A stretch of DNA of 64,000 nt from Gemmatales bacterium. GTDB taxonomy: Bacteria; Planctomycetota; Planctomycetia; Gemmatales; HRBIN36. Below the pieces are notes generated by a model. The model worked only from the letters and a program-made list of their open reading frames with translations. It did not search any database and was not told the origin of the DNA. Every line of letters begins with the position of its first letter. Positions within the stretch are counted from its first letter, which is position 1. The stretch spans positions 412,342-476,341 of the forward strand of contig JBEPZY010000003.1 in assembly GCA_041640595.1 (NCBI GenBank), written 5' to 3'. Both the position numbers and the translations under genes were made by a program. This document shows, piece by piece, positions 8,504-18,872 of the stretch.

Positions 8504-11500
8504 CTATCTCCCAACTAGAAAGTGTAAGTGCCAGTTCTCGAGCACCTCCCCTGTTTTGGGGTCTAAAAGTTCCAAGTGCACGTGCTTCCGGGCTACATCG
8601 TTAGGCTTGGCTCTATATTGCCATCTGCCATCAGCACTTCTCCACTTCCCTGGAGCCACCTTTATTATGTCACTACCTAACTTCTGCCTTGCAAGAGCTC
8701 TAGCTTCTCCCTCTGTTGTGAAATATGCATGGAGTTCTTTTGTCCGCTTACCCTTGAAATCCCTGACTTTGGCGACATCGATATCGCACGCATTATGTGC
8801 CCAGATGGAGAAGGGCCAGGATTCGTCGCAGACAAAGTAGGTGTGGAAGGAGCGGATGGCAAGGTTATAGACGCGTTCGTATTGGCCGGTGTCGTACAGC
8901 TCGGCGACCGCCACCCGCTGACCATCGTGGCTGACCAGCAAGTCGCCGGGTCGCAACTCGCCTGCCGGCACCCAGCCACGCCCATCCACATAAAACGGAT
9001 GCTCCGCCGTGGTGCGGATGACCTGCCCGCTGGCCAGGTGCAGGTGCCAGATACGAGCCACGTTCTCGAACCGTGCCTCAACCTGGCTAACCAGCACCGG
9101 TGCATCCGGCTCCCATTCCAGTCGGGTGAGGATTTCGTCACCGACCTGGAACGTTTCAATCGCTTTCGGCCCGTGCGGCGTCAGCAACTTCGTCCCCGCC
9201 GCAAAACAGGCCCGCAATGCTTGAGCAACGCCAAATATGGCCCCGGCGCCATGTAAAGCTGCGCCAAGGTAGTCTCCTTGCTTATAAGCATCAATTGCAT
9301 TGATAGCGTTGCCGATCGCTTCGACGCCTTGCCAGACGCGGTAAGCAGAGCCCGCAAAACGGAGCAAGGCGCTGCCAAAGGCCGCTAACGAGCAGGGGTT
9401 GACAAAAGCAGCGGCGATAGCGACCACCGTGCCGGTGATCGCTCCTGCTTGATACCAGGAACTTTGCTGCAGTTGTTCGAGAGTTTCGGGACTAAAGTAG
9501 CCAATTACACGGTCGGAGAGTCCGGCCGTCAGCCCGCTCAACAAGCCGGCGCCGAACTCGAGAGCCCTCTGGCCGTAATAGGCGGTTACTTCTGCAAAAT
9601 AGTCAATAGCCTGCTCAGCTAGGCCAGCAAATGTTTGAAATGCCTGACCATAGTTGCCCGTCAAGAAATAATAAAAGCCTTGAGCAACCTGGTCTCGCCA
9701 GGTAGGATAAGTGCGGACTCGCTCAACTAAGTTTTCGCCTTCCCAGCGCAGGCTGTATACTTCCTTGGTAGTTGTGAGCCTGTTGGGATCGCCATACGAA
9801 GAGACACTGTTGGGAAGGTAAATGTCCTTGCCCCACCAACGTACGGAGGATTCGATGGTCTCTTCGCCGGTACTGCTATTGGAATCTCCCTGGCGATTGA
9901 TTCGGTGCGAATTGAATCCGCGATAGTGGCTTTCCTGGATCCTCTCGGGGTCGGAATAATTCCAGTCGTAGTTGTGCCAGGTCTCCTGGATTTCTTCCAT
10001 GAAGATGCTGCTGAAGTACGTGTTACCCTGTTGAGTAGTGCCCTTGCGATTGTCCGTTAGGTTTTCTTTGGTGAAGAAGTAACTCTGATGATGATTGGAA
10101 GTGGGAAGCAGAGGTTCGAAGGTTTCGTGGATAGTATCTAAGGTTTCCTTGCGCGACTTATTGCGTTGGTGATTGTGTTCGAAAGTGAAGTTGTCAGGAT
10201 TTCCCCTGGTTGTGCGGCTATCTTTTTCAAAGTACCGGACCTCAGTTATACTCGTACTGGCACTATGAGTGCTACCATCGGGGGCCCAGTATTCGGAATG
10301 CTCACGGACAGCGCCCTTGGCGTACACCTGCTGGTTCGTGTCGGTCTCGAAACTGCGGGAAGCTTCTGTCCAGCTCGATCCATCGGAGGAGGTGAAGGTA
10401 GTTGTCACCTTTGCCTTTGTGTAATTGGGCTGATCAATGGACGTTTGGGTTTCGGGGGCAGTGGATTCGCGATAAGACCAGCTGACCGTACCGCCCTGCG
10501 AATCTGTGTATTGACCTTGCGCTTGTAGAAGGTAGCCAGAGCTGCTATCATCACTGGAGAAAACAGTACGGCTATATTGACCGCTGTTGCCGGAATAAAT
10601 AACTCCATGGATAGTATCCTGATACTGGTTGTTGCCACTACCCCGTTCGAAGTAACTGCCACTGGCGTTATTAACCGGATCACTAGAGGTCTGCAACTTG
10701 CGATAAGCATTGTTGGCATTGACTTCGGTATAGCTGTTGAAGGTCCCCGAGCGATCCCCATTAGAGAGCGTGAATTCCCCGCGGGTTGTGCTCTCGGTAT
10801 CCTCGGTCGAACGATAGCGGTTGTTCACGGTGTAAGTGATGGAGTCCTGTGTATAGGAACCGATCAGCCAGGTGTAATTGGTAACCTTCTGTGAGCTCCA
10901 GCTATGTTCTATTTTGGAACCCGTATACTGGTCCGGCCCCTGATAATCACGCGATTCCTTGCTCCACTGAGTACCGTTGCCGACGTCGCTGGTAAAGGTG
11001 TATTCCTTGGGTTGATTCGTGCGTGTGATCTCCCACCAGTACTTATTATCCCAAGACGGGTTGCGTGAGCGGTCCTGCTTGTAAGTGCCACCGATAAGCT
11101 TACCGGATGCATCCAGCTGGCCATCTTGTTGGGTATGATCTTCCCAGGCAGCCGAGTTATAAGTTCTGCTGAAGTAACTATAGTTAGCAGAATTGTCCCA
11201 AACCTGATGAGTCTCCAATAAGTATTGGAGTTCCGTATCGGTCCCTGAAACTTCTGTTTTCTGGCGCAGGTGATAAGTCTGGGTTAGTGGAGCCGACGAG
11301 AAATGGTACTGATTCTTTGATTGTGAATGGGAATCGGTGGTGCGGAGCCAAGAGGTAGTGGTTCGTCCAGGGGCAAAATCTTGGGAGGTATTCCAACGCG
11401 ACCAGATACCGACATAGACGGTACTCCCTTGCGTATTAAGCTGTGAGTTGCCGCTCGACGTAACCGTCAGTTCCAATGGTTGGCCCGTACTATCCCAGGA

Positions 11501-13549
11501 GCCGTTGTAGTTTACATCCTGCGTATAGTTTCCGGCACGGTCTTCATCCGTGATGTAACGGCTGTCCCAGCTATAGTTTGGATAGTCTTTGTGATAGATA
11601 CTGACGGAATAATAACGGTTTCGGAGTAATTGGCCTTCCTCGTGATGGGCGGAACTGTATGTGGCGGAGTCTAAATGGTCGCCGACCCAGGTTATATTTC
11701 CGGAAATGGAACCTCTATAGTTGCTTTGGGTTTGATAGTCCGTCAGCCATGCAGAAACCTCGCGGATGTTCGCTCCGTTGCTGTCGGTCTGGGAAGAGCT
11801 GGAACGTCCGGTGGCGTAATAGCGGTAAGCGTATTTTCCCTGGTAGTTGGAATCGTTAGTGATCTGAAATTTCTGGAGTGTTTCGGGGGTGGGCGGAGTA
11901 TAGCGAACAGTGTAAACAGTATTTTGCGAGTCGGAACGATAAAAACTTTCCAGATAAGAGGTGCCGGTGGCCACGTCGCGGAAGAAATCATCCGGTAGGT
12001 TCTCGACGGGGGGAAGTTGCGGCGATGGAACATTAGCAGACTGGTCGCTGATGGTGTATTGACCGGTAAAGTTGCCGTTCGCGGTAATTGTGTAAATCAA
12101 GGTGTTGGGATTTTCTTCGGCACCATTTTCAGAAGGTGTTTCGCTACCAGCTGGCTGAGGTTGCCAGACTGCATTCCAGGATTGATTGAGGCCAAAACTG
12201 AAGAAGTAGGTGCGGCCGTTAGTGGCGGCGAAACTTCCCGAGCCGGTATAGGTAACCTGGTCTTGCAGTGTCTGTTTTGACCAGTTGTAGTTATTCAAAT
12301 TCGTTGTCGCGGTATCAAACCAAGAATCACTTGCGGAACCAAGAGGCATAATGGTATATGAGGAATTAGTAGGGGAAACCTGGTAAGTGTATTCGTAACC
12401 GACGTGGTCATAGTGGAAAACATATTCGTCCTGAACGCGGAGCCAGGCCGTATAAGTTACGGTACCGGTTTCTGATACGGAAGTGGCACCGTCGCTGTTG
12501 GAAACGGAGATGGAACTGGAAATGGCCGTTTCAAAATAAGCAGTGGCGTTATCAGCGGTGAGCTGCACTGTATAGCTTCGTTGGTAGCTGCCGGAGAATT
12601 GGGCCAGTTGATAAGCTACCGTCGCAGGTTGGTTGGCGTTGGTGACCGGAGCATTGGCAAAGGTCGGGTCGTTATCGAGTGCTTGCAACCAGGCCGTAAA
12701 CACGTCGGGGGAATTCTGGAGTTGCTGGAACTGCTGAGCAACATCGTCCGGCATGTTAGGAGGCTGACTGATGTCCGGGAACGAACCGTCGAATTCCGGG
12801 TCACTCAGCAACTGCGGATCTATCCAGGAATCGGAGAGGTTGCTGTCCGTATCTAGTTGAAACCATGAGTCGTCCGAAATGTGCGAGCCACAATTGGAAT
12901 TGTCGGAAGATAGGCCGCCTCCGTCGGTAGGACTGTTTTGCGTGGTGCTTGTGGAATCTTGCGTGACAACGGAAGAGTTGTCAGTACTGCTGTTCGAAGG
13001 ACCAAGTTGGTCGTTGCTGGTACTGGAGCTGCTGGTTTGCGTCGTGGCAGAATCTGGGTTCGAATTGCTGCCGGGAAGCAAGGTGCCATCTGAGGTGGAA
13101 GAATCCGGTGGACTACTGGGATTGTTCGCAGCGTCCGGTGCGTCGAGAATGGTCCAGGTAAATGTAACGGAGTGGGATTCCGTGCCGTCGGAGGCGGTGA
13201 GGGTGATAGTGAAGTCCACACTGGGCTGGTCGGGGTGGGCGATGGAGTAATCCGGACTGCCGGTGATAACGCCACTAAGAGCGTCCAGGGTAAGGCCCGG
13301 CGGCAAGCCGCTAGCGGTGAATGCGATACTGCCGGCAGTTTCGGGTGGAGGTTGCGTGTACTGGAGATACTCATTCAGGTGGAGCGAGACAACTTCGCCT
13401 TCTTGCGTGAATAGCGGCCCCGGATTTTGCAACGTGAAATAACTGGCTGGAGCGGTACGGTCTTCGAGTTGTTCAAAACGCAGCAAGATAGGCTTGGCAT
13501 ACGAAACTGGTCGAGCCGGCCAGAGGAACCGGCGTAACTTCAATCCCAA
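8504..13549 (-). CDS. Polymorphic toxin: LEDR planctomycete export motif, Ig-like domain, S/T/Y-rich stalk, hydrophobic pre-toxin segment, HINT domain, ~95-aa toxin tip
   Basis: RFEQLEDRTAPA; ASGLPPGLTLDALSGVITGSP; CFAAGTKLLTP...RTTAEHPFY...VYNLAIRSFHTYFV...WAHN|AC; tip with WRSADGRWQYRAKP..HVHLE..NWHL. Start uncertain (see findings). Confidence 0.9.
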   Translation of the reverse strand: MGLKLRRFLWPARPVSYAKPILLRFEQLEDRTAPASYFTLQNPGPLFTQEGEVVSLHLNEYLQYTQPPPETAGSIAFTASGLPPGLTLDALSGVITGSPDYSIAHPDQPSVDFTITLTASDGTESHSVTFTWTILDAPDAANNPSSPPDSSTSDGTLLPGSNSNPDSATTQTSSSSTSNDQLGPSNSSTDNSSVVTQDSTSTTQNSPTDGGGLSSDNSNCGSHISDDSWFQLDTDSNLSDSWIDPQLLSDPEFDGSFPDISQPPNMPDDVAQQFQQLQNSPDVFTAWLQALDNDPTFANAPVTNANQPATVAYQLAQFSGSYQRSYTVQLTADNATAYFETAISSSISVSNSDGATSVSETGTVTYTAWLRVQDEYVFHYDHVGYEYTYQVSPTNSSYTIMPLGSASDSWFDTATTNLNNYNWSKQTLQDQVTYTGSGSFAATNGRTYFFSFGLNQSWNAVWQPQPAGSETPSENGAEENPNTLIYTITANGNFTGQYTISDQSANVPSPQLPPVENLPDDFFRDVATGTSYLESFYRSDSQNTVYTVRYTPPTPETLQKFQITNDSNYQGKYAYRYYATGRSSSSQTDSNGANIREVSAWLTDYQTQSNYRGSISGNITWVGDHLDSATYSSAHHEEGQLLRNRYYSVSIYHKDYPNYSWDSRYITDEDRAGNYTQDVNYNGSWDSTGQPLELTVTSSGNSQLNTQGSTVYVGIWSRWNTSQDFAPGRTTTSWLRTTDSHSQSKNQYHFSSAPLTQTYHLRQKTEVSGTDTELQYLLETHQVWDNSANYSYFSRTYNSAAWEDHTQQDGQLDASGKLIGGTYKQDRSRNPSWDNKYWWEITRTNQPKEYTFTSDVGNGTQWSKESRDYQGPDQYTGSKIEHSWSSQKVTNYTWLIGSYTQDSITYTVNNRYRSTEDTESTTRGEFTLSNGDRSGTFNSYTEVNANNAYRKLQTSSDPVNNASGSYFERGSGNNQYQDTIHGVIYSGNSGQYSRTVFSSDDSSSGYLLQAQGQYTDSQGGTVSWSYRESTAPETQTSIDQPNYTKAKVTTTFTSSDGSSWTEASRSFETDTNQQVYAKGAVREHSEYWAPDGSTHSASTSITEVRYFEKDSRTTRGNPDNFTFEHNHQRNKSRKETLDTIHETFEPLLPTSNHHQSYFFTKENLTDNRKGTTQQGNTYFSSIFMEEIQETWHNYDWNYSDPERIQESHYRGFNSHRINRQGDSNSSTGEETIESSVRWWGKDIYLPNSVSSYGDPNRLTTTKEVYSLRWEGENLVERVRTYPTWRDQVAQGFYYFLTGNYGQAFQTFAGLAEQAIDYFAEVTAYYGQRALEFGAGLLSGLTAGLSDRVIGYFSPETLEQLQQSSWYQAGAITGTVVAIAAAFVNPCSLAAFGSALLRFAGSAYRVWQGVEAIGNAINAIDAYKQGDYLGAALHGAGAIFGVAQALRACFAAGTKLLTPHGPKAIETFQVGDEILTRLEWEPDAPVLVSQVEARFENVARIWHLHLASGQVIRTTAEHPFYVDGRGWVPAGELRPGDLLVSHDGQRVAVAELYDTGQYERVYNLAIRSFHTYFVCDESWPFSIWAHNACDIDVAKVRDFKGKRTKELHAYFTTEGEARALARQKLGSDIIKVAPGKWRSADGRWQYRAKPNDVARKHVHLELLDPKTGEVLENWHLHFLVGR

Positions 13550-13697
13550 TTGGCGAGCCCAATGGGCAAGACATAGTCTCTGCGAGAGAGAGACTTCTCT
13601 TCAACATGACTGCTCCCTCCTCGAATGTTCAGGACCCGGATTTTGCCTAGTAGCGATCGCAGCAAAGAGTCGGTGGGAAGGTCAAGGGGTAATTTGG

Positions 13698-15215
13698 CTG
13701 CCTCATCCCCACTTTTGGGCTTCGGAGAAAAGCGCTCCCAGAAGGGCATTAAGTGCTTCGGCGGCCCGCACCTGCATTCGCTCAATCATCTGTCGCCCAA
13801 TGAAAAACAGACTACACGCTCCCTGGCGATTACTGCTGCACCACATCCCAGGCAAATAGCGCCGCATGGCCACCAAAGCCACTGCCAGCAAAATCCAGTA
13901 CGCCAACGCCAGAATCAGCAGCAGGCGATCGAACCAATCGCGGCACATCCGTGCCGACTTACGTTAAGAAACACCAATGCAAGAATCAGTAGCAAGCGCT
14001 CCAACCAGTTGGCACGAGTGATGATATAGGTCGCCATGAGTGATCAACGTGTCGCACTAGCCCCAGCCTAATCGTCGGTTCTTAGCATGCTGTTCATATT
14101 AGCCTGGAGGCCCTGGGGGATACGTCGCGTACAGCCAGGCCTTACCGCCGGTGCTTAGTATTGCCGCAACAACTCTTCGGATTTACGAAGCTTATAACTT
14201 CACAAAGCACATCAAGTCAACCTAATCGTCGGTCCTTGGCATGCTGTCCATATTAGCCTCGAGGACCCAGGAGGATTCATCGCGTACAGCCAGGCCGTAA
14301 CACCGGTGCTTAGTATTCCGCAACAACTTTTCGATGCTCCTCCGCCGTGCGTAAATCATGCCCGTGTATGCACTGGGTGCGCCAGCTCGGTCATCGGATA
14401 CCTGCACGCATTCCGATGCTGCGGCAAGGTTTCATATCTGTAAGCCGCCAGATGGTACGCCACCGAATGCGATTAGCGGAACTGCATTTTTTGAACAAGC
14501 GAAGGCTAGCCCAGTTCGTGGGGTCGCCGTTTAAGATTCCTAGGATGAATCTTTCGCTGCGACCGATGGCGAGGGACTCAGGTTAGCGGCCTGCGCATTG
14601 CACTAGCGGTCCAGATGCATCCGTGATAAGCCACCGCTAGTTGCCATCGGTCAACCATGACTGGTCCTGATTAGGAACCACTGATCATGCAACGGCAAAC
14701 GGTGGCGAATCCTGGAGCGCGTTGGAAACCATGCTTAGTGGCCTTATGAGTGCAGGTGACCAGATGTCGTCCCAGTTCGGTCAAGCTTTTGCGTCGCACT
14801 GGCAGAGCTGTTGTGACCCAAGCCACTAGCATTTTCCTCTGCCTGATGCTTTCAGCCAGCTAGGTTGCCAGGCCAGCGACGCTGCCGAGACCAAATCGGC
14901 CAGCGTTTCTCTCCGCTTTTTGTCAGACGCATAACTGGTGAACCGATCGAACCACAGTAGAATTGAAACGAGTGTGGCTGACTTGCCTCAGCACTCGCCG
15001 CTTGGTCGAGGATGACAAGCTTAACCCGCTGGCTCGCCCTTGTTCTCCGTCGTGATTAGACTGGTGGCCCACGGCAAAACTTCCAGGGATTGGATGGCGG
15101 TTCCCTCCGTAGGTTCTGGTGGCAGTGGGCGACCTTTTCTAAACATGTACGAACATAGGACTTCGGGGCCACCGCCATTTTTTCCGCACTCCCCATAAAA
15201 CTGGGGATGGATCAG
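13698..15215 (-). mobile_element. Decayed IS4-family (IS10-like) element
   Basis: Imperfect terminal IRs CTGCCTCATCCCCACTT (13698) and CTGATCCATCCCCAGTT (reverse complement, ending 15215), 13/17 identical and resembling IS10 ends; transposase fragments YARRRSIEKLLRNTK and RLLLILALAYW; no target duplication seen. Confidence 0.75.
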
Positions 15216-15576
15216 TCTCGGAATAGGTTGTCTCCTGGAATCTAATATTATTCGCCTGAGCGCAAGCAGTTCCGGAGGTAACTCGCGTTGCGGTAACGAA
15301 GCGGCTAAAACACAGGCGAATTCGACGCAGGATCGGCGTCATGTTGGTTGGTCGGCTTGGTGAGCCGTCTAAGCAGAAGCGAATGCAAAGAAGCCCCCGG
15401 GCGGTGGCAATGTTTCGGGCTAACATGACCTGTCCTGCGTTTAAGCAGGAGGAAATGCCAAGAAACATCGGCACTCAAACTAGAGCCTTCAGGTAATCGC
15501 GGACCGTCGGCTTGCAGGAAGCGCCGACACTATTCTGCCAATCAAACGGCCGGCCAGGCATTCCAACCGAAGGAAC

Positions 15577-15650
15577 TACCCCCGGCAGGATTCGAACCTG
15601 CGACCTGCGGTTTAGGAAACCGCCGCTCTATCCGACTGAGCTACGGGGGC
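15577..15650 (-). tRNA. tRNA-Arg(CCT)
   Basis: GCCCCCGTAGCTCAGTCGGATAGAGC-G-GCGGT-TTCCTAA-ACCGC-AGGTC-GCAGGTTCGAATCCTGC-CGGGGGTA cloverleaf; CCA not encoded. Confidence 0.97.
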
Positions 15651-15960
15651 AATCTCGCCAAGTCGTTGCCGTTTAGCGTGGCGGTTGACTGTTGTTCATC
15701 GAGTTTGATTTCGTCCGTGGGAAATCTGGCCGGGTCGTTGCAGCTTAGTGTGGCGGTGTCAAGATAATGGTTCCGCCAACTAGGCCGGTAGTCTGGCCAG
15801 GTCGTTGCAGCTTAGCCGTGGTACTTCTGTGTATCCAGCCCGATAGTGTTCGGGCAGGGGCGTGCAAGCTGCTCCTGCCTAGGCCGAGGTGGCAGTAATA
15901 GCGTTGATACTATCAACTTGCCCGGGTGCGCAAGCTACTCCTGGCCAAGCCAAGGGCGAT
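15651..15960. repeat. Spaced degenerate direct repeats (3 x ~35 nt, then 2 x ~36 nt)
   Basis: Units like TCTGGCCAGGTCGTTGCAGCTTAG at 15651, 15723 and 15790; units like CAAGCT.CTCCTG.C.A.GCC at 15858 and 15924. Confidence 0.7.
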
Positions 15961-16428
15961 TGCGCGCGTAGCCGCGGTATGTGGCCCGAATTTCGCGGAA
16001 GATCGGCACGTCCATGAGCAGTACTAAGAAAATCGGTTACTCGGCGTGTTGCTCATCCTGACCACGGGGGCTTGCGAGCCCGCTCTTTCCATCTGCGAGT
16101 GGTTATCCACCCGACCGCGGTGCTGATTCTGCTACGGTTACTGCGGAGTAATGCCTGGCAGCATCACGCCGGGCTTACACCCACGGCTCCTGATCAAGGC
16201 GGTTTACTGGCTAGCAGACCAGGTCAATGAATCCTATCAATGTTTTTCGGCGGTTGCCAGGTTAATTTCGATTTACGAGCTGCGCAGGACCGCCGCCGTC
16301 AAATTGCAACACGCCAAGTTATTATGGACTTGGATTTACGAGGCCGATGCCAGGAGCATAGAGACGGCAAGATAACGCGAGAAGCTTCATATAAATAATG
16401 CCGCTACGTCTAACCGGGAGCACAAGCG

Positions 16429-17289
16429 ATGAGCGATGAATTTCCGCGTTTGGGATTTTTGGGGGCTGGGAAAATGGCCGCGGCTCTGGTGCGCGGCGTG
16501 CTGGCTGCGGGTCTGACCACGCCGGATCGCATCTACGTCAGCAGTGCTCGGGAAGAATCGCGGCGTGGCCTGGCCCGGACAACGAACGTCCAGGCTGTGG
16601 AAAGTAACTGCGAGGTGGTAGGCAAAAGCGAGGTGGTGGTGCTGGCGGTCAAACCTCAGGTGGCCGCGACAGTCCTTCGAGAAATAGCCCCTGCTGTCCA
16701 GGAACGCCATCTGCTGATTTCGGTGGTAGCGGGACTACGGCTGGCGACGATGCAGGCGATTTTAGGGCCGAGAGTGCGACTGGTGCGAGCGATGCCGAAC
16801 ACTCCGTGCCTGGTGGGCGCAAGTGCCACGGCTTACTGCAGCGGAAGCACAGCCCGGCCAGAAGATTGTGCCCTGGTGGAGAGGATTTTCCAGGCGGTGG
16901 GAGAATGTCTGGCGGTTCCCGAAGAATGGCTCGATGCCGTCACCGGACTGAGCGGAAGTGGGCCAGCGTATGTGGCCGTGGTGATCGAAGCGTTGACCGA
17001 TGGTGGAGTGCGAGCGGGCTTGCCGCGGGAGGTGGCGTATCGGCTGACGTTGCAGACGGTGCTGGGCACGGTTCGACTCCTGCGGGAATGCCAACTGCAT
17101 CCGGCACAGCTCAAAGATCAGGTAGCCAGTCCGGGCGGAACTACCATTGCCGGGTTGCATCGGCTGGAAGAAGGGGGATTGCGAGCGGCGTTGATTAACG
17201 CAGTCGTCGCTGCTACTGAGCGAGCGCGGCAACTGGGTGCCGTGGAAAATGCCGGCTGTGCCAGTCAAGCCCCGGCCGCTTCCGATTGA
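16429..17289 (+). CDS. proC: Pyrroline-5-carboxylate reductase
   Basis: GFLGAGKMA, LAVKPQ, RAMPNTP, TGLSGSGPAY, VASPGGTT. Confidence 0.97.
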   Translation: MSDEFPRLGFLGAGKMAAALVRGVLAAGLTTPDRIYVSSAREESRRGLARTTNVQAVESNCEVVGKSEVVVLAVKPQVAATVLREIAPAVQERHLLISVVAGLRLATMQAILGPRVRLVRAMPNTPCLVGASATAYCSGSTARPEDCALVERIFQAVGECLAVPEEWLDAVTGLSGSGPAYVAVVIEALTDGGVRAGLPREVAYRLTLQTVLGTVRLLRECQLHPAQLKDQVASPGGTTIAGLHRLEEGGLRAALINAVVAATERARQLGAVENAGCASQAPAASD

Positions 17290-18872
17290 ACCTGGATTGT
17301 CGTTGGGTGTTGCAGAGCGGCCTGGATGTCCGCTGGCAAGAGTGTGTCCATCTGGGCATCGTTGCGCAACCACATTCTTTCGAGGATTTGCGGGCGGAGT
17401 TGCAAAAACACCTCGGCCAGATGGGGGTCGAACTGGGTACCGGCATGTTTGCGAATCTGCTGGAACGCTAAATCCGCGGGCATGCCGGGGCGGTAGGGGC
17501 GATTGGAAGTCATGGCGTCAAAGGCGTCTGCCAGGGCCACGATTCGCGGCAGCAGATCAATTTCCTCGCCTTTCAGGCCGTCGGGATACCCTTTGCCGTC
17601 CCAGCGTTCGTGATGGTGGCGGACAATCGGAATGTAGGGGCGCAGGTCGGGTAGCGTTTCCAGGATCGCCGTTCCTTTGATGGTGTGGGATTTCATGATT
17701 TCGAATTCTTCCTGGGTGAGTGGCCCGGCTTTGCGGAGGATACGATCGTCTATGCCGATTTTGCCGATATCGTGCAGGGGAGTGCCAATTTCGAGAATGC
17801 GGCGTTTTTCGGGGGGAAGCTTGATGGCATCGGCGAGCATGAGCGCATATTCGGTGACGCGCAGCGTGTGGCCGCCGGTGTATGGATCGCGCATTTCCAC
17901 TGCCTGGGCCAGGGCGGTCACGGTTTGGACAAACATCTCGCGTTGCTTTTCCAGAAGCTGAGCACACTCGATGCTTGCCGACACACTGGCAGCCAGAGCG
18001 TCGGCCAGGCGTAAGTCCTCCTCGGTGAATGGCGACTGCGAGAAATGGCGATCCAGATGGAGCACGCCGAGTTTTTTGCGTGGCGAACGCAACAAGGCAC
18101 AGATAATGGACGACATGGCTCCTTCCATGATGCTGGAACTGGCCTTCAACTCGTTCGAAACACGAACATCGCGGCACAGGAGCGACTCTCCCTGAAGGAA
18201 GCAGCGTTGCGCTAAACTGCTGCTGTACCAGGTGCGGGTGGCCAGTTCCCGTTCCCCCGTGGAAACCGCACGAATCTTGAGTTGCGCTTCCCGCTCGTCC
18301 CACAGCACAATAGCGGCGCGCTGGGCGTCCAGAGCCCGTACCGTATCTTCCAAAATGGCCTGCAGCAGTTCATCCAGCGATTCGCTGTGTGTCAGATGGT
18401 AGCTGGCCCGCAACAGTACCAGCAAGCGATCACCCGCCTGGGGTTTATCACTGAGCACCCCTGCCGCAACTTGTAATGCCTGGTCCCAGCTATGCTGAGC
18501 GCTGGATTCAACTAAGAAATTCTTGGAAGGGGTCTCCACAGGAAACCTGGGGGTTTCCTCTTCGACGACCACCGCCAGGAATAACACATTGCCGCACTGT
18601 AACAGATCGCGGGGTCGAATACGCCGTTCGACCATGCCCACCCGCACGCCATTGAGAAAGGTGCCGTTGGTGCTGCCCAGGTCACGCACCACCCAGCCCT
18701 GATCGGTGTAATGGATTTCGGCATGCCGGCGACTGACAGAAGGATCGTTGATAACGACCTCCTGACCTTCCAGCCGACCAATGCGCAAGGTTCCACTCGA
18801 TTCCCAATACCGACCTTCCCATTGAGGACTGACCGCTTTCAGGCGAATACGCGGCACAGGAGTTCTCCTCAA
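17265..18872 (-). CDS. FHA-GAF-HD-GYP cyclic-di-nucleotide phosphodiesterase
   Basis: FHA GR..SRRHA..DLGSTNGT; GAF region; HDIGK, HHERWDGKGYPDGLKG, DAFDAMTSNRPYR. Confidence 0.92.
   Translation of the reverse strand: MRRTPVPRIRLKAVSPQWEGRYWESSGTLRIGRLEGQEVVINDPSVSRRHAEIHYTDQGWVVRDLGSTNGTFLNGVRVGMVERRIRPRDLLQCGNVLFLAVVVEEETPRFPVETPSKNFLVESSAQHSWDQALQVAAGVLSDKPQAGDRLLVLLRASYHLTHSESLDELLQAILEDTVRALDAQRAAIVLWDEREAQLKIRAVSTGERELATRTWYSSSLAQRCFLQGESLLCRDVRVSNELKASSSIMEGAMSSIICALLRSPRKKLGVLHLDRHFSQSPFTEEDLRLADALAASVSASIECAQLLEKQREMFVQTVTALAQAVEMRDPYTGGHTLRVTEYALMLADAIKLPPEKRRILEIGTPLHDIGKIGIDDRILRKAGPLTQEEFEIMKSHTIKGTAILETLPDLRPYIPIVRHHHERWDGKGYPDGLKGEEIDLLPRIVALADAFDAMTSNRPYRPGMPADLAFQQIRKHAGTQFDPHLAEVFLQLRPQILERMWLRNDAQMDTLLPADIQAALQHPTTIQVQSEAAGA

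Noticed and set aside
8790..9210. HINT domain as a mobile intein
   Set aside because: No homing endonuclease, Ala follows HN, and the pre-toxin position fits an autoprocessing domain
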